From Macrostomum hystrix (lineage: Eukaryota > Animalia > Platyhelminthes): 64,000 nt of DNA. The notes under the pieces were generated by a model. The model was given only the letters and a program-made list of their open reading frames with translations. It was not told the origin of the DNA and ran no database searches. The stretch's first letter is position 1, and every line of letters starts with the position of its first letter. The DNA is taken from the NCBI GenBank assembly GCA_950097015.1, contig CATNEN010000006.1:372001-436000 (forward strand), written 5' to 3'. The position numbers and the translations under genes are program-made. Positions 25,526 through 38,900 of the stretch are shown here, piece by piece.

Positions 25526-28500
25526 TCAAGACACAGAGCAGACTCGAGTTCTCTTGCCACCAGCTGCTTTGGCTGCATCCGCTAGCCGCGCCTCATCCTG
25601 CTGCTGCTCCATCTCCTCCAAGTGCTGTCTGTACAGAATGTGCTCACTGAAACAGGGGGAGGGTGGTTTAGTAAATTGAGGCGCTCGTCAAAAAGCCGTG
25701 ACAATCTTGACATGTTGTTCTATTTGATTTTACAAAGTCCATCTTATGAAAAAATTTCCAGAGGCCTTTTACAGAATCCGAAAAGAATTGCATTTTACAA
25801 AATGGCTTGGTATAGTCCTACTGTTAATATGATTGGCCCATAGACAATATTCGCGGTAAAAAAATTCCACAAGAAAAAATCCGGAAATAGCCTGCACCCG
25901 TTCTTGTTTAAAAGCCTCTGAAAATAATTTCTAAATTATGAAACTAAACAAGTGAAATGTTGAGATTTAGATTAAATGAACACGGTTTACTAAGATACTA
26001 TTTTTGGCATAATCTATTTAGCTAGGTAATTATCGGACGCAGTGAAATAAAACACGAATTTATAAAGTTATTACAGGTTGCCATGGGGAATGACTGGCAT
26101 ATTAATAGCTAGTATAAATTATAGCTGTGTACAGCTGTTCAGTCCGTGGACTGGTAGGCAGGCCGCCATACATGCCCTAAGTTCTACCTAATGCCGGTAC
26201 AGCTTGTCTTCCTTGGGCTCATTCCTAAGCGAATGATACATTGCGACCAGTGGCACTAGCTAACATTTTCTGGATCAGGCGCACTTGTACTCTGGGGATC
26301 TGACACTGGCCTGAATCCAATCACGCCTCTATAAGACTCATCTCTCGCCTCACTATTCATTCCCTACATTGTTGGCTTTTTTATCTAGCTCAGACTGAGA
26401 AATCCTATTTTGTCAAAACTGGCTAAAGTCTGGGGCTCCAGTATCTATCTCTTAATTCTTGATTCCCTAAACAGTAATATAATTATCCTTCATCTCGTTG
26501 CAGTGAAGCTGGCAAGATTATCGTTTCGACTTAGAGAGCGATTTCGAGTTTGTCTCGATCTGGGAAATTGGTGCTGTTCAGTATAGCTTTATTTCTGTTC
26601 TGTTATATATCCTAAATAACTTGTTTCATTTATGAGAAATTGGGTTAGATATTTTGTATTGCCTATTGGGCTGAAAATAGGATCTTTCATTTATTAGCTA
26701 CGAGTATAATATAATATAATAATAATAATTTCAGAAAGGCTGCTGTCAATGGCACATCATTTGGTGACACTGGACCCGCAGCCAGCGAGGAGGCAATTCT
26801 GCCCATTTCGCTGACTCCTGAGCACACACGCACACAGATACTGTACGCAGGCACACGCTCACACAGGTGTGTACATCTGCCCTGACTTTCTCATCGTCAG
26901 GCAGTGTACACTCTCACCGTGCCTTTGAGGTTGGCCCTCAAGGGCGTAAATTGCACGACAAGCCCCCAAGCCTTCTCTCAGTGGCTGCGCCCCAAATGAA
27001 TGTGGCCTCGCCGTGGAATCGAACTTAGGGACCTTGGTGCGAGAGGAAAACTCGCTAACCGCTCTGCCACCGACCCGAGTATAATGTAGCATTAGTTTAA
27101 GACCAAATCAAGATTAAATCAGTATTTTTGAGGACTTATCTGGATCAAATTTTCAAAGCCAAGTTATGCGCACACAAATATCATATGGTTTATAAAACAA
27201 ATTGTTAACACAACACACTAGTTGATTGAGGCCTTCTACACCGGCTAGTTTCCGGGTTTGATTAAAAGGTTAACAATCCAAATTTAGTGACTCAATCGAT
27301 AATTCACCTAACTGATTCTTACCCTCTGCACTCATCTTCAAATCGACGAGTCGCTGAAAGTGAATGTTGAAGCGCAAAATAATCTCAACATTCTACTGAA
27401 AGTAATACGTTGAATAAAAATGCATGCCATTTGCTAAATGAACTCTCCTCAAAGCTGGTAAATAAAAAATCAATAAGGAATCTGTGTCAGTCCGTGAAAA
27501 TAGACTAAATTGGGCCATTGGATGAGCTAGAAAAAATAAACTCCTGGTCATAACAGACTTACTCGATCTCCACAGAATTTTCGAAGCTAAAATGACAAGT
27601 TTGTTATTTGCAAATGGAATTGGCGATGAATACGGAGCTCTGATAGGGAGAGAGAGCAGTTTCTAAAAAGCCTTGTTTTGTAACCATAGCAACTCACAGC
27701 TCCCGGCGAGTTGCCTTGTCGTCGGCACCGTCAGAGGTGGCAGCTGCGGCTTCGGCTGCGGCTTCAGATTCTTTAGCGGGAGCTGCAATGCGCAGAAACG
27801 ATGGAATAAAAATAACTACAATAGAGGCTAGCAAAAACTGCTTCAATCTATTTCACTTTAAGGGGACCACTGAAAACCATGTGTGTGTGTTGATGTCATT
27901 CTAGTCCGTGTGTGTGTTGACGTCCTTCCAGATCAGTGTGTGTGTGAGTTGACGTCCTTCAAATCAGTGTTTGTGTGTTGACGTCCTTCAAATCAGTGTG
28001 TGTGTGTTAACGTCCTTCAAATCCGTGTGTGTGTTGACGTCCTTCCAAATCAGTGTGTGTGTGTTAACGTCCTTCAAATCCGTGTGTGTGTTGACGTCCT
28101 TCCAAATCAGTGTGTGTGTGTTGACGTCCTTCAAATCCGTGTGTGTGTTGACGTCCTTCCAAATCAGTGTGTGTGTGTGTTGACGTCCTTCAAATCCGTG
28201 TGTCTGTTGACGTCCTTCCAGATCAGTGTGTGTGTGTGTTGACGTCCTTCAAATCAGTGTGTGTGTGTTGACGTCCTTCCAAATCAGTGTGTGTGTGTGT
28301 GTTGACGTCATTCTAATCCGTGTGTGTGTTGACGTCCTTCCAAATCAGTGTGTGTGTTGACGTCCTTCAAATCCGTGTGTGTGTTGACGTCATTCTAATC
28401 CGTGTGTGTGTTGATGTCATTCTAATCCGTGTGTGTGTTGATGTCATTCAAATCCGTGTGTGTGTTGACGTCCTTCAAATCAGTGTGTGTGTTGACCTCC

Positions 28501-31500
28501 TTCAAATCCGTGTGTGTGTTGACGTCATTCTAATCCGTGTGTGTGTTGATGTCATTCAAATCCGTGTGTGTGTTGACGTCCTTCAAATCAGTGTGTGTGT
28601 TGACGTCCTTCAAATCAGTGTGTGTGTGTGTTGACGTCATTCTAATCCGTGTGTGTGTTGACGTCCTTCCAAATCAGTGTGTGTGTTGACGTCCTTCAAA
28701 TCCGTGTGTGTGTTGACGTCATTCTAATCCGTGTGTGTGTTGATGTCATTCTAATCCGTGTGTGTGTTGATGTCATTCAAATCCGTGTGTGTGTTGACGT
28801 CCTTCAAATCAGTGTGTGTGTTGACCTCCTTCAAATCCGTGTGTGTGTTGACGTCATTCTAATCCGTGTGTGTGTTGATGTCATTCAAATCCGTGTGTGT
28901 GTTGACGTCCTTCAAATCAGTGTTTGTGTTGACGTCCTTCAAATCAGTGTGTGTGTTGACGTCCTTCAAATCAGTGTGTGTGTGTGTTGACGTCCTTCAA
29001 ATCAGTGTTTGTGTGTTGACGTCCTTCAAATCCGTGTGTGTGTTGACGTCCTTTAAATCCATGTGTGTTGACCTCCTTCAAATCCGTGTGTGTGTTGACG
29101 TCCTTTTAATCCGTGTGTGTGTTGACGTCATTGTAATCCGTGTGTGTGTTGATGTCATTCAAATCCGTGTGTGTGTTGACGTCCTTCAAATCAGTGTGTG
29201 TGTTGACGTCCTTCAAATCAGTGTTTGTGTGTTGACGTCCTTCAAATCCGTGTGTGTGTTGACGTCCTTTAAATCCATGTGTGTTGACCTACTTCAAATC
29301 CGTGTGTGTGTTGACGTCCTTTTAATCCGTGTGTGTGTTGACGTCATTCTAATCCGTGTGTGTGTTGATGTCATTCAAATCCGTGTGTGTGTTGACGTCC
29401 TTCAAATCAGTGTGTGTGTTGACGTCCTTCAAATCAGTGTGTGTGTGTTGACGTCCTTCAAATCAGTGTGTGTGTTGACGTCCTTCAAATCAGTGTTTGT
29501 GTGTTGACGTCCTTCAAATCAGTGTGTGTGTTGACGTCCTACAAATCCGTGTGTGTATTGACCTCCTTCTAATGAGTGTGTGTTGACGTCCTTTTTAAAT
29601 CCGTGTGTGTGTATTGACGGCCTTCAAATCTGTGTGTGTAGACGTCCTTCTAATCCATGCGTTGACGTCCTTCTAATCCGAGTGTGTGTTGACGCCTTTT
29701 TAATGCGCGTGTTTACGTCCCACTTATCCGTATGTTTACGTCCTTGTCTCATCCTTGTCCAGATCTCAAAGCCCAAAATTGCTCACCTTCAGCTGGCTTC
29801 GGGGTCAAATAAGTCGACAAGCCGGTGCCGCCAAGGTTCTTGCGGTCTTCGTCTCCTTCAGTCACCGTCGAACCGCTAGAATCGTCGTCCTCCAACGACG
29901 TACCCGAAGAAGAGGTCGTCGACACTGTGGACAAATCGTCGTCCTCGGCTTCGCTAGCGGTTGAGACTGACAAAGACATTTTCGATGTCCGGCTTCGGCT
30001 GGAGCTTCCGCCTCCGCCACCATCGCCGTTGTTTCTAGGCGGCAAGGCTGGCCGGAAAGAGTCGCCAAGACCCGCTGTGCCAGTCTCCGCTGGTCGGACC
30101 CCTTCGCTGTCATTGTCCGACGCGTTGTCGCGGTCGGTTCGAATTGTTGAATACAGACTCGGCGGCGGGTCCTTGCTCTAAGAGTGTTGGTTGGAGGTAG
30201 AACAGCATTTTGGCGAGGCCACATTCATTTGAGACAGGCGCGGAGAGAAGGCTTTGGTGCTTGTCTTGCAATTCACGCCCTCGAGGGCCAACCTCTAAGG
30301 CACAGTAAAGCGTACACCGGCTGACGATGAGAAAGTCAGGGCAGATGTACACACCTGTGTGCGTGCGTGTGCTCAGTGGTCAGCGGAACAGACACGATTT
30401 TATGGGAAATATTATTAATACTATCTTCAAGGATACCTCAATCTCTTCGGCTAGCTTCTGCAGGTTCTGAGAAGCAGCTCTGAGTGCATCTTGCCGAGTC
30501 GGCTGCTGCTGCTGCTGCTGCTGCTCCTTAGCCTGCTGACTGCGACTTGAATTCAGAGCATTGTTGTTATCGTCGCTGGTTTGACTGTAAATAAACAAAA
30601 ATTATTTTTTCTTTAACAAAACAACAAAAACAAAAAGTGTCGTAGTAAAAAAAAGAAGGTAAACGGATAGCCTTGACACTTTGTAACATCGCTACGGAAT
30701 AAGTGGAACTATAAATTTAAAAAGAGTAAATTTTAACTATTATCTAGAAATATAATAGGATAGACAGTGCAGTAGGTTTCAGTGGGTACACAAAACACTG
30801 ATCTAAGTAGTGATACTGATGCTTTCACTAGCTCGGCAGAGCTAAACAGGGATTTTATAGCATTGCAGTGTGAGCTTCTCTTTGACAAGCTTACCGAGTT
30901 GCGCTACGTTCGGCTGCTGGCGACTTTCTGAAGAATGAAACAAACCCCACTATCTATGGTAATGCCTCATTAACAAATTACGAGGGTACGATTATATCTT
31001 TTTAGCCGAGACTCATCGGAAGTAATTAGTTGATTGTACATTGTACATCACTTTGATGGGGTATTTTTGAGGTCTAACAGTGAACTTTATTGTGGCACGC
31101 CTTGGATGTCTATGGCAATGACTTGCTAAATCTGGTATGCTAAACTGCCCATAACTTTGGGCCATAGACATATATAAAGACAGGCTATTGTGGGTTTTGG
31201 CCATAGAAATTCCATACCTATGACAGTGACCAACAAGTCGTAACTGAGAAACATTAAAAACCGATCTTATCGTTGGTCAATGACGTATTGTTGCACGCCC
31301 TGACTACGAGAATTCAACTGTCTATGGGTAAAATGTGGCCAAAATCATGCATTGCCCTCAACTCTTTGAAAAAACAGTGGCTGCGCAACCTCAGTCGAAG
31401 AGATTGGTGCACTCACAGCCATTCTCTACTGTATTGTTGAACGTCGAAGACTATTGCGCTTTTTATAATAAACAAAATCAAGGAGAAATTTGCTTTTGGC

Positions 31501-32692
31501 ATAGTATTTTCTGCAATATAAAAAAGGAATCTAGTTTTTTTTCTTGGAATATCATAAAACAAAACTCGGGATAGCAAGCGAAACTGTATATTTGCAAGGC
31601 AATCAAGCAAACGATTTTTGATAATAATTATTTTATATCACAAAATTTTAATTTGTTTGCTTCGATGTTAGTGTTTTTTACCTAGCCTTCCTATCAAGAG
31701 TGCACTTATCTAGGTCTGATTGAAAAGTACTTATTTTGTAGGTAAAAAGTACACTCTTATCTAGGTCTTGCGGAAGACTGTACTTTTATCTAGGCCTCGC
31801 TTTAAGAACACGTATTTATCAAGGTTACCTACAAGAGTGCGCTTATCTGGGCCTGATTGAAAAGTACTTATTTTGTAGGTCTGGTAAAAAGTACACTCTT
31901 ATCTAGGTCTTGCGGAAGAGTGCACTTTTTATCTAGGCCTCGTTTTAAGAACACGTATTTATCAAGCTTACGTACAAGAGTGCACTTATCTAGGTCTGAT
32001 TGAAAAGTACTTATTTTGTAGGTCTGGTAAAAAGTACACTCTTATCTAGGTCTTGCGGAAGAGTGTACTTTTATCTAGGCCTCGTTTTAAGAACACGTAT
32101 TTATCAAGCTTACGTACAAGAGTGCACTTATCTAGGTCTGATTGAAAAGTACTTATTTTGTAGGTCTGGTAAAAAGTACACTCTTATCTAGGTCTTGCGC
32201 AAGAGTGCAATTTTATCTAGGGCTGGCACTCGACTGTAAACAAAACTAAATTGTGAGCCTCTAGCTGAGCCAATCAGAAAACTGATTTCAGATCTTGAAA
32301 GGAGGCACAATCACCAGTAAGACCAGATAGTATCAGCAACAATGCAGATTAGATTACTTAATAGCGAGATAGATTTTAATATTTGTGAAAATCAAGCCGA
32401 AATTTGGCAGAGATTGTCAGCACAGCTGGACAAATAAAGAGATAAATACGAGACGTACTTTCTAAAAAAACAACTTGATTTGCTTGATTGCGCAATGCCA
32501 GAGGTTCTATAGACAAACAGTAACACAAGGAAGCGAAGAAATCACAGATTCCACCCGGCCCTCACCTTAGACTGTCTTTAGGTTTGTGGGGCCTCTTTGG
32601 CAGGACAAACTCGGGGCTGTCTCTGTCATTCGATGTTGATCGATGACTTAATGGCTGCGGCTGCTGCCTCTGCTGCTGCTGCGGCTGCTGCC

Positions 32693-32733
<41 letters not shown>

Positions 32734-32743
32734 GGCTGCTGCC

Positions 32744-32784
<41 letters not shown>

Positions 32785-32815
32785 GGCTGCTGCCTCTGCT
32801 GCTGCGGCTGCTGCC

Positions 32816-32862
<47 letters not shown>

Positions 32863-32872
32863 GGCTGCTGCC

Positions 32873-32925
<53 letters not shown>

Positions 32926-35900
32926 CTTCTCTCCCTGCGTTTGAAGAGTGCATGGTTATAGGTGGTACGGATTCCTTATTTTTATATTCCAATTTAGTAA
33001 GAGAATTAATTATAAGTACTAAAATTACCTAACGGGAATTTTATCGTCTTCGTCTGAGCCTGTCTCTAGGCGAGCCGTGATTGATCTGAAAATAGTTTTT
33101 TTCAACACAATGACCGACGAATTATTATAATGGGCCAATGAACACCAAGCACCCAGAGTGTCTTGATCAAGGACAAACCTTGTTCTAGTGAAATATAAAT
33201 CGAACCCCCGACCTTTAAGCCAAGAGTCCGAAGCTCTAATCCAAGGGTCGGCAAACTTATTATCGTGTAGGCCACGGAGAGAATGTAAAAGACGAAAGTG
33301 GGCCGCATTGACTGTAGGAATACGTGAAAGGGGAGAGATGAGACAAAGGACAGATGAGACGGGGGAGAGATGAGAAAGGGGAGAGATGAGACAAGGGAGA
33401 GATGAGACAAGGGAGAGATTAGACACGGGAGGGATTAGACACAGGAGAGATTAGACACGGGTAGAGATGAGACACGGGAGAGATGAGACAAGGGAGAGAT
33501 GAGAAAGGGGAGAGATGAGACACAGGACAGATGAGACGGGGGAGATTAGACACGGGAGAGATGAGACACGGGAGAGATTAGACACGGGAGAGATTAAACA
33601 CGGGAGAGATAAGACAAGGGAGAGATTAGACACGGGAGAGATTAGACACGGGAGAGATGAGACACGGGAGAGATTAGAAACGTGAGAGATTAAACACGGG
33701 AGAGATAAGACACGGGAGAGATGAGACAAGGGAGAGATGAGAAAGGGGAGAGATGAGACACAGGACAGATGAGACGGGGGAGAGATGAGAAAGGGGAGAG
33801 ATGAGACAAGGGAGAGATTAGACACGGGAGAGATGAGACACGGGAGAGATTAGAAACGGGAGAGATGAGACACGGAGGAGATTAGACACGGGAGAGATTA
33901 GACACGGGAGAGATGAGACACGGGAGAGATTAGAAACGTGAGAGATTAAACACGGGAGAGATAAGACACGGGAGAGATGAGACAAGGGAGAGATGAGAAA
34001 GGGGAGAGATGAGACACAGGACAGATGAGACGGGGGAGAGATGAGAAAGGGGAGAGATGAGACACGGGAGAGATGAGACACGGAGGAGATTAGACACGGG
34101 AGAGATGAGACACGGGAGAGATGAGACGGGGGAGAGATGAGACAATGGAGAGATTAGACACGGGAGAGATGAAACGGGAGAGATTAGACACAGGACAGAT
34201 GATAAACGGGAGAGATGAGACTCTCCATTTCCAGATGAGAGAGAGTTGAGACAGGGGAAAGATGACAGAATACTAGGGGCAATAGGTGTTGTAAGGGGGA
34301 ACGGGCCGCAACGCATCCCCGCTGCATCTGAAGGATGCCCCCTGCAGCTAAGTCAAGTAAGTCAACGTGCCGTGTTTGGGATTCGAGGGCCGCATCTGGC
34401 CCGCGGGCCAGAGTTGGCCGACCCCGGCTCTAATTACTAATATTATGAGAATTTCAACGCCATGCCATACTCTACTCTACTCTACTCTACTCTACTCTAC
34501 TCTACTCTACTCTACTCTACTAACTATGTGACAGCGAGCACCAGAAGATTCTTTCAAGCAATCGTTGTAAACAGTCATCTAAAGAGCCAATCTCACTTTC
34601 TACTGTCGCTTCGCCGAACTTTCCTCGGGCTGCCGCTGTCGGTTCTGTCGACGCCGATGACGCGGTCGTCATCAGCGTCCATCAATTCCTCGCCGGCTCG
34701 ACGCACAATGTCACTCTGCGACCTGAATAAAAGGAAAAAATGTGTGAAAAGGAAATACGAATCGACAGACAGCCAACAAAACAACAAAGCAAAGGAATGG
34801 TTTTACCTATGCTCCAAAACCCTGTCACCGCGTAGTACATTGGCGACATTCTGAACTGAGTTGGTTGACACAATTGGTCTGGTTACCAGGCCACGATCAG
34901 CGCGTCTGGAAAAATGCGTGATTTGTAAGGACTGTCCTTGGTAAACTGGATGGTAATTTAGGTCGTATAAACCGGAGAATCTTTTATAAACTGGAGTGTC
35001 ATTTATAAACTGGAGTGTCCTTTATAAACTGGAGTGTCCTTTATAAACTGGAGTGTCCTTCATAAACTGGAGTGTCATTTATAAACTGGAGTGTCATTTA
35101 TAAACTGGAGTGTCCTTTATAAACTGGAGTGTCCTTTATAAACTGGAGTGTCATTTATAAACTGGAGTGTCATTTATAAACTGGAGTGTCATTTATAAAC
35201 TGGAGTGTCATTTATAAACTGGAGTGTCATTTATAAACTGGAGTGTCCTTTATAAACTGGAGTGTCATTTATAAACTGGAGTGTCATTTATAAACTGGAG
35301 TGTCCTTTATAAACTGGAGTGTTCTTTATAAACTGGAGTGTCATTTATAAACTGGAGTGTCATTTATAAACTGGAGTGTCCTTTATAAACTGGAGTGTCA
35401 TTTATAAACTGGAGTGTCCTTTATAAACTGGAGTGTCATTTATAAACTGGAGTGTCATTTATAAACTGGAGTGTCATTTATAAACTGGAGTGTCATTTAT
35501 AAACTGGAGTGTCCTTTATAAACTGGAGTGTCCTTCATAAACTGGAGTGTCATTTATAAACTGGAGTGTCCTTTATAAACTGGAGTGTCCTTTATAAACT
35601 GGAGTGTCATTTATAAACTGAAGTGTCATTTATAAACTGGAGTGTCCTTTATAAACTGGAGTGTCCTTTATAAACTGGAGTGTCCTTTATAAACTGGAGT
35701 GTCATTTATAAACTGAAGTGTCATTTATAAACTGGAGTGTCATTTATAAACTGGAGTGTCCTTCATAAACTGGAGTGTCCTTTATAAACTGGAGTGTCAT
35801 TTATAAACTGGAGTGTCATTTATAAACTGGAGTGTCCTTTATAAACTGGAGTGTCATTTATAAACTGGAGTGTCATTTATAAACTGGAGTGTCCTTTATA

Positions 35901-38900
35901 AACTGGAGTGTCATTTATAAACTGGAGTGTCCTTTATAAACTGGAGTGTCATTTATAAACTGGAGTGTCCTTTATAAACTGGAGTGTCCTTTATAAACTG
36001 GAGTGTCATTTATTAACTGGAGTGTCCTTTATAAACTGGAGTGTCATTTATAAACTGGAGTGTCATTTATAAACTGGAGTGTCATTTATAAACTGGAGTG
36101 TCGTTTATAAACTGGAGTGTCCTTTATAAACCGGAGTATCTTTTATAAACTGAATACAATTTTCGAACTTTCGCATCCTGTATTACGAAAATAACGAATG
36201 TAGTTTTAATATGCCTAAAGTCAGAAAGACAGATTTAGATAGGCATATAGACAGTTGGGCAGGCAACATTGGAAACTAAAATAATTTTCTGCACTAGAAG
36301 TAAAAAAGCAATAAGAGCACAAAAATAGGTCATAGAAACTATAGGAACCGTAGATCATTAGGCAGTGACATATTCAAAAGACGAAAGGCATCAGCAACAC
36401 AAGGCAGCGAAAAGTCTCCACGGCAACTGAAGAATAATTTTCTGCACAATCATATATATTCCAGGAAACCTTTTAAAGGTGGAATTGTCCGCGGACTGGC
36501 AGCGACTTGACTGGCGCTCCTTATGGCCAGTCTCGTTGGCCTTCAAAGTCAACAGCTCCGCACGGATGAATTCTCGCAACCGATCAGCGTTGCTATGGAC
36601 AACGGCCGAATCAGGAGTTGATTTATTTATAATTTATCTAGTTTTTATTTCAAACGGATGGCAACAAGAATAATAAACAAACGAAACGGTCTTTCATTTT
36701 TTTCTGTTTCTAACTGTTTGTAGTTTGTGACGCTCTGAACATTCAGCTCGCTATCTCGTCTGACTGGTCAAAAATCAATAAATAAATAATTTTTTTATTG
36801 CAGCTGCGCAGCCGAAAGCACAGCCGTAGCTATTGTTATTGTAACCACGAGTGACTCCGACGCTATAACCACTAGGCTACTGACATAAAGTTTACCGCCT
36901 ATTAGACAATAAATTACCTCTCATAAACGACGACTATTATCAACCGATGACGTCATTGTCTTGCACGTGATCACTAAATTCTCACCTGTGAAACGACTTC
37001 CGTCCAACTCCTTCGCCTTGCCGTCGCTCTCGCTGCGGCTCCGCCAGGTCTTCGTCGATGCTGGCGTAGGAATCCTCAGCTTCGTTGTCGTTGTCATCTT
37101 CGCCGGATTCGCTCACCTTTCGCGCCCTCGGCCTCGGGTTAGTCTTCGCTGCCTCTGTGGTCTGCAGTGGACCAGAAGGCTAAGCTGATAAGCTGTGCCA
37201 GGGTAACTCATCACTGGTTCGGCTGTTCCTCTGATCCTTGAGGCTAGCTACCTCTGATCCTTGAGGCTAGCTACCTCTGATCCTTGAGGCTAGCTACCTC
37301 TGATCCTTGAGGCTAGCTACCTCTGATCCAAGAGGCTAGCTACCTCTGATCCAAGAGGCTAGCTACCTCTGATCCTTGAGGCTAGCTACCTCTGATCCTT
37401 GAGGCTAGCTACCTCTGATCCAAGAGGCTAGCTACCTCTGATCCAAGAGGCTAGCTACCTCTGATCCTTGAGGCTAGCTACCTCTGATCCTTGAGGCTAG
37501 CTACCTCTGATCCTTGAGGCTAGCTACCTCTGATCCAAGAGGCTAGCTACCTCTGATCCAAGAGGCTAGCTACCTCTGATCCTTCAGGCTAGCTACCTCT
37601 GACCCTTCAGGCTAGCTACCTCTGATCCTTCAGGCTAGCTACCTCTGATCCTTGAGGCTAGCTACCTCTGATCCTTCAGGCTAGCTACCTCTGATCCTTC
37701 AGGCTAGCTACCTCTGATCCTTGAGGCTAGCTACCTCTGATCCTTCAGGCTAGCTACCTCTGATCCTTCAGGCTAGCTACCTCTGATCCTTGAGGCTAGC
37801 TACCTCTGACCCTTCAGGCTAGCTACCTCTGATCCTTCAGGCTAGCTACCTCTGATCCTTCAGGCTAGCTACCTCTGATCCTTCAGGCTAGCTACCTCTG
37901 ATCCTTCAGGCTAGCTACCTCTGATCCTTGAGGCTAGCTACCTCTGATCCTTCAGGCTAGCTACCTCTGATCCTTGAGGCTAGCTACCTCTGATCCTTCA
38001 GGCTAGCTACCTCTGATCCTTCAGGCTAGCTACCTCTGATCCTTCAGGCTAGCTACCTCTGATCCTTCAGGCTAGCTACCTCTGATCCTTGAGGCTAGCT
38101 ACCTCTGATCCTTCATGCAAGATTGGTTAACGGGTTTACCTCTAGCACCACGGTCCCTGAGCTCGATTCCGAGCGTGTGCCTGCGTACGGTATCTGTGTG
38201 CGTGTGTGCTCAGGAGTCAGCGAAATGTGCAGAATTGCCTCCTCGCTGGCTGCGGGTCTAGTGTCACCAAATGATGGGCCATCGCACGCAGCCCTCGAGT
38301 AATTTTTTTATTAAATTTATCAGCTGTCTTTTCTCAGAAAATAGCATGGTCTTTCTACCGTTAAGCGAATCGCCACCCGTAGTGCAAGCATACAAGCAAC
38401 AGCACTGATAGCACGCGAAGCAAACTCACCTCGCCATTCGTCGCCAAACCGATGGTGGCGTCGCCATAGACGGCCTGCCGCAGCCGACGCCGCGCCTCAC
38501 GGACTTCCTCCGGCTCTTCGTCGACTTCGCCGGCGTCGTCAAAGTCGTCGAATTCGCCCAAGCCCAGTCCACCGGCCTCGTCGATGCCGCGGAGCTGGCC
38601 GCCGGTCCTGCCACCGCCGAGGGCACTTTGACGCTGACTAGCAGTGCTGCCCCGGGAGACAAGGGTACCGCGACCGCCGCCGGCGCGTTGGAGCTTAGCC
38701 GCGAGTCGAGCCCGGACCTCTTCGGCATCACCGACTAGCGTCAGAGCTTCGGCGAATCTTGCTGCCGCCGACTGACTGCGGCGCGAGTTGAAATCGACGG
38801 CGCCCAAACCCTCCAGGGCCTGCCACTGGGTCGTCTTGTCGTCTAAAATTGGCAGCGGACAGCTGGTAGTACTGCATCCTCTTTCCTTTTGCGAACCTCT

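Noticed and set aside
27000-27075. tRNA-like sequences here and at ~33200, ~39800, ~63500 and ~63850
   Set aside because: They are SINE heads: A/B boxes run into shared non-tRNA bodies, with no complete cloverleaf.
30318-30345. CTGACGA…GAAA hammerhead-ribozyme-like core in SINE family A
   Set aside because: Only three nucleotides separate the two core motifs, leaving no room for stem II; flanking stems are not evident.
32597-32992. Poly-Ala (+) and poly-Ser (-) ORFs
   Set aside because: Alternative readings of the CAG tract; splice phases support the polyQ frame.
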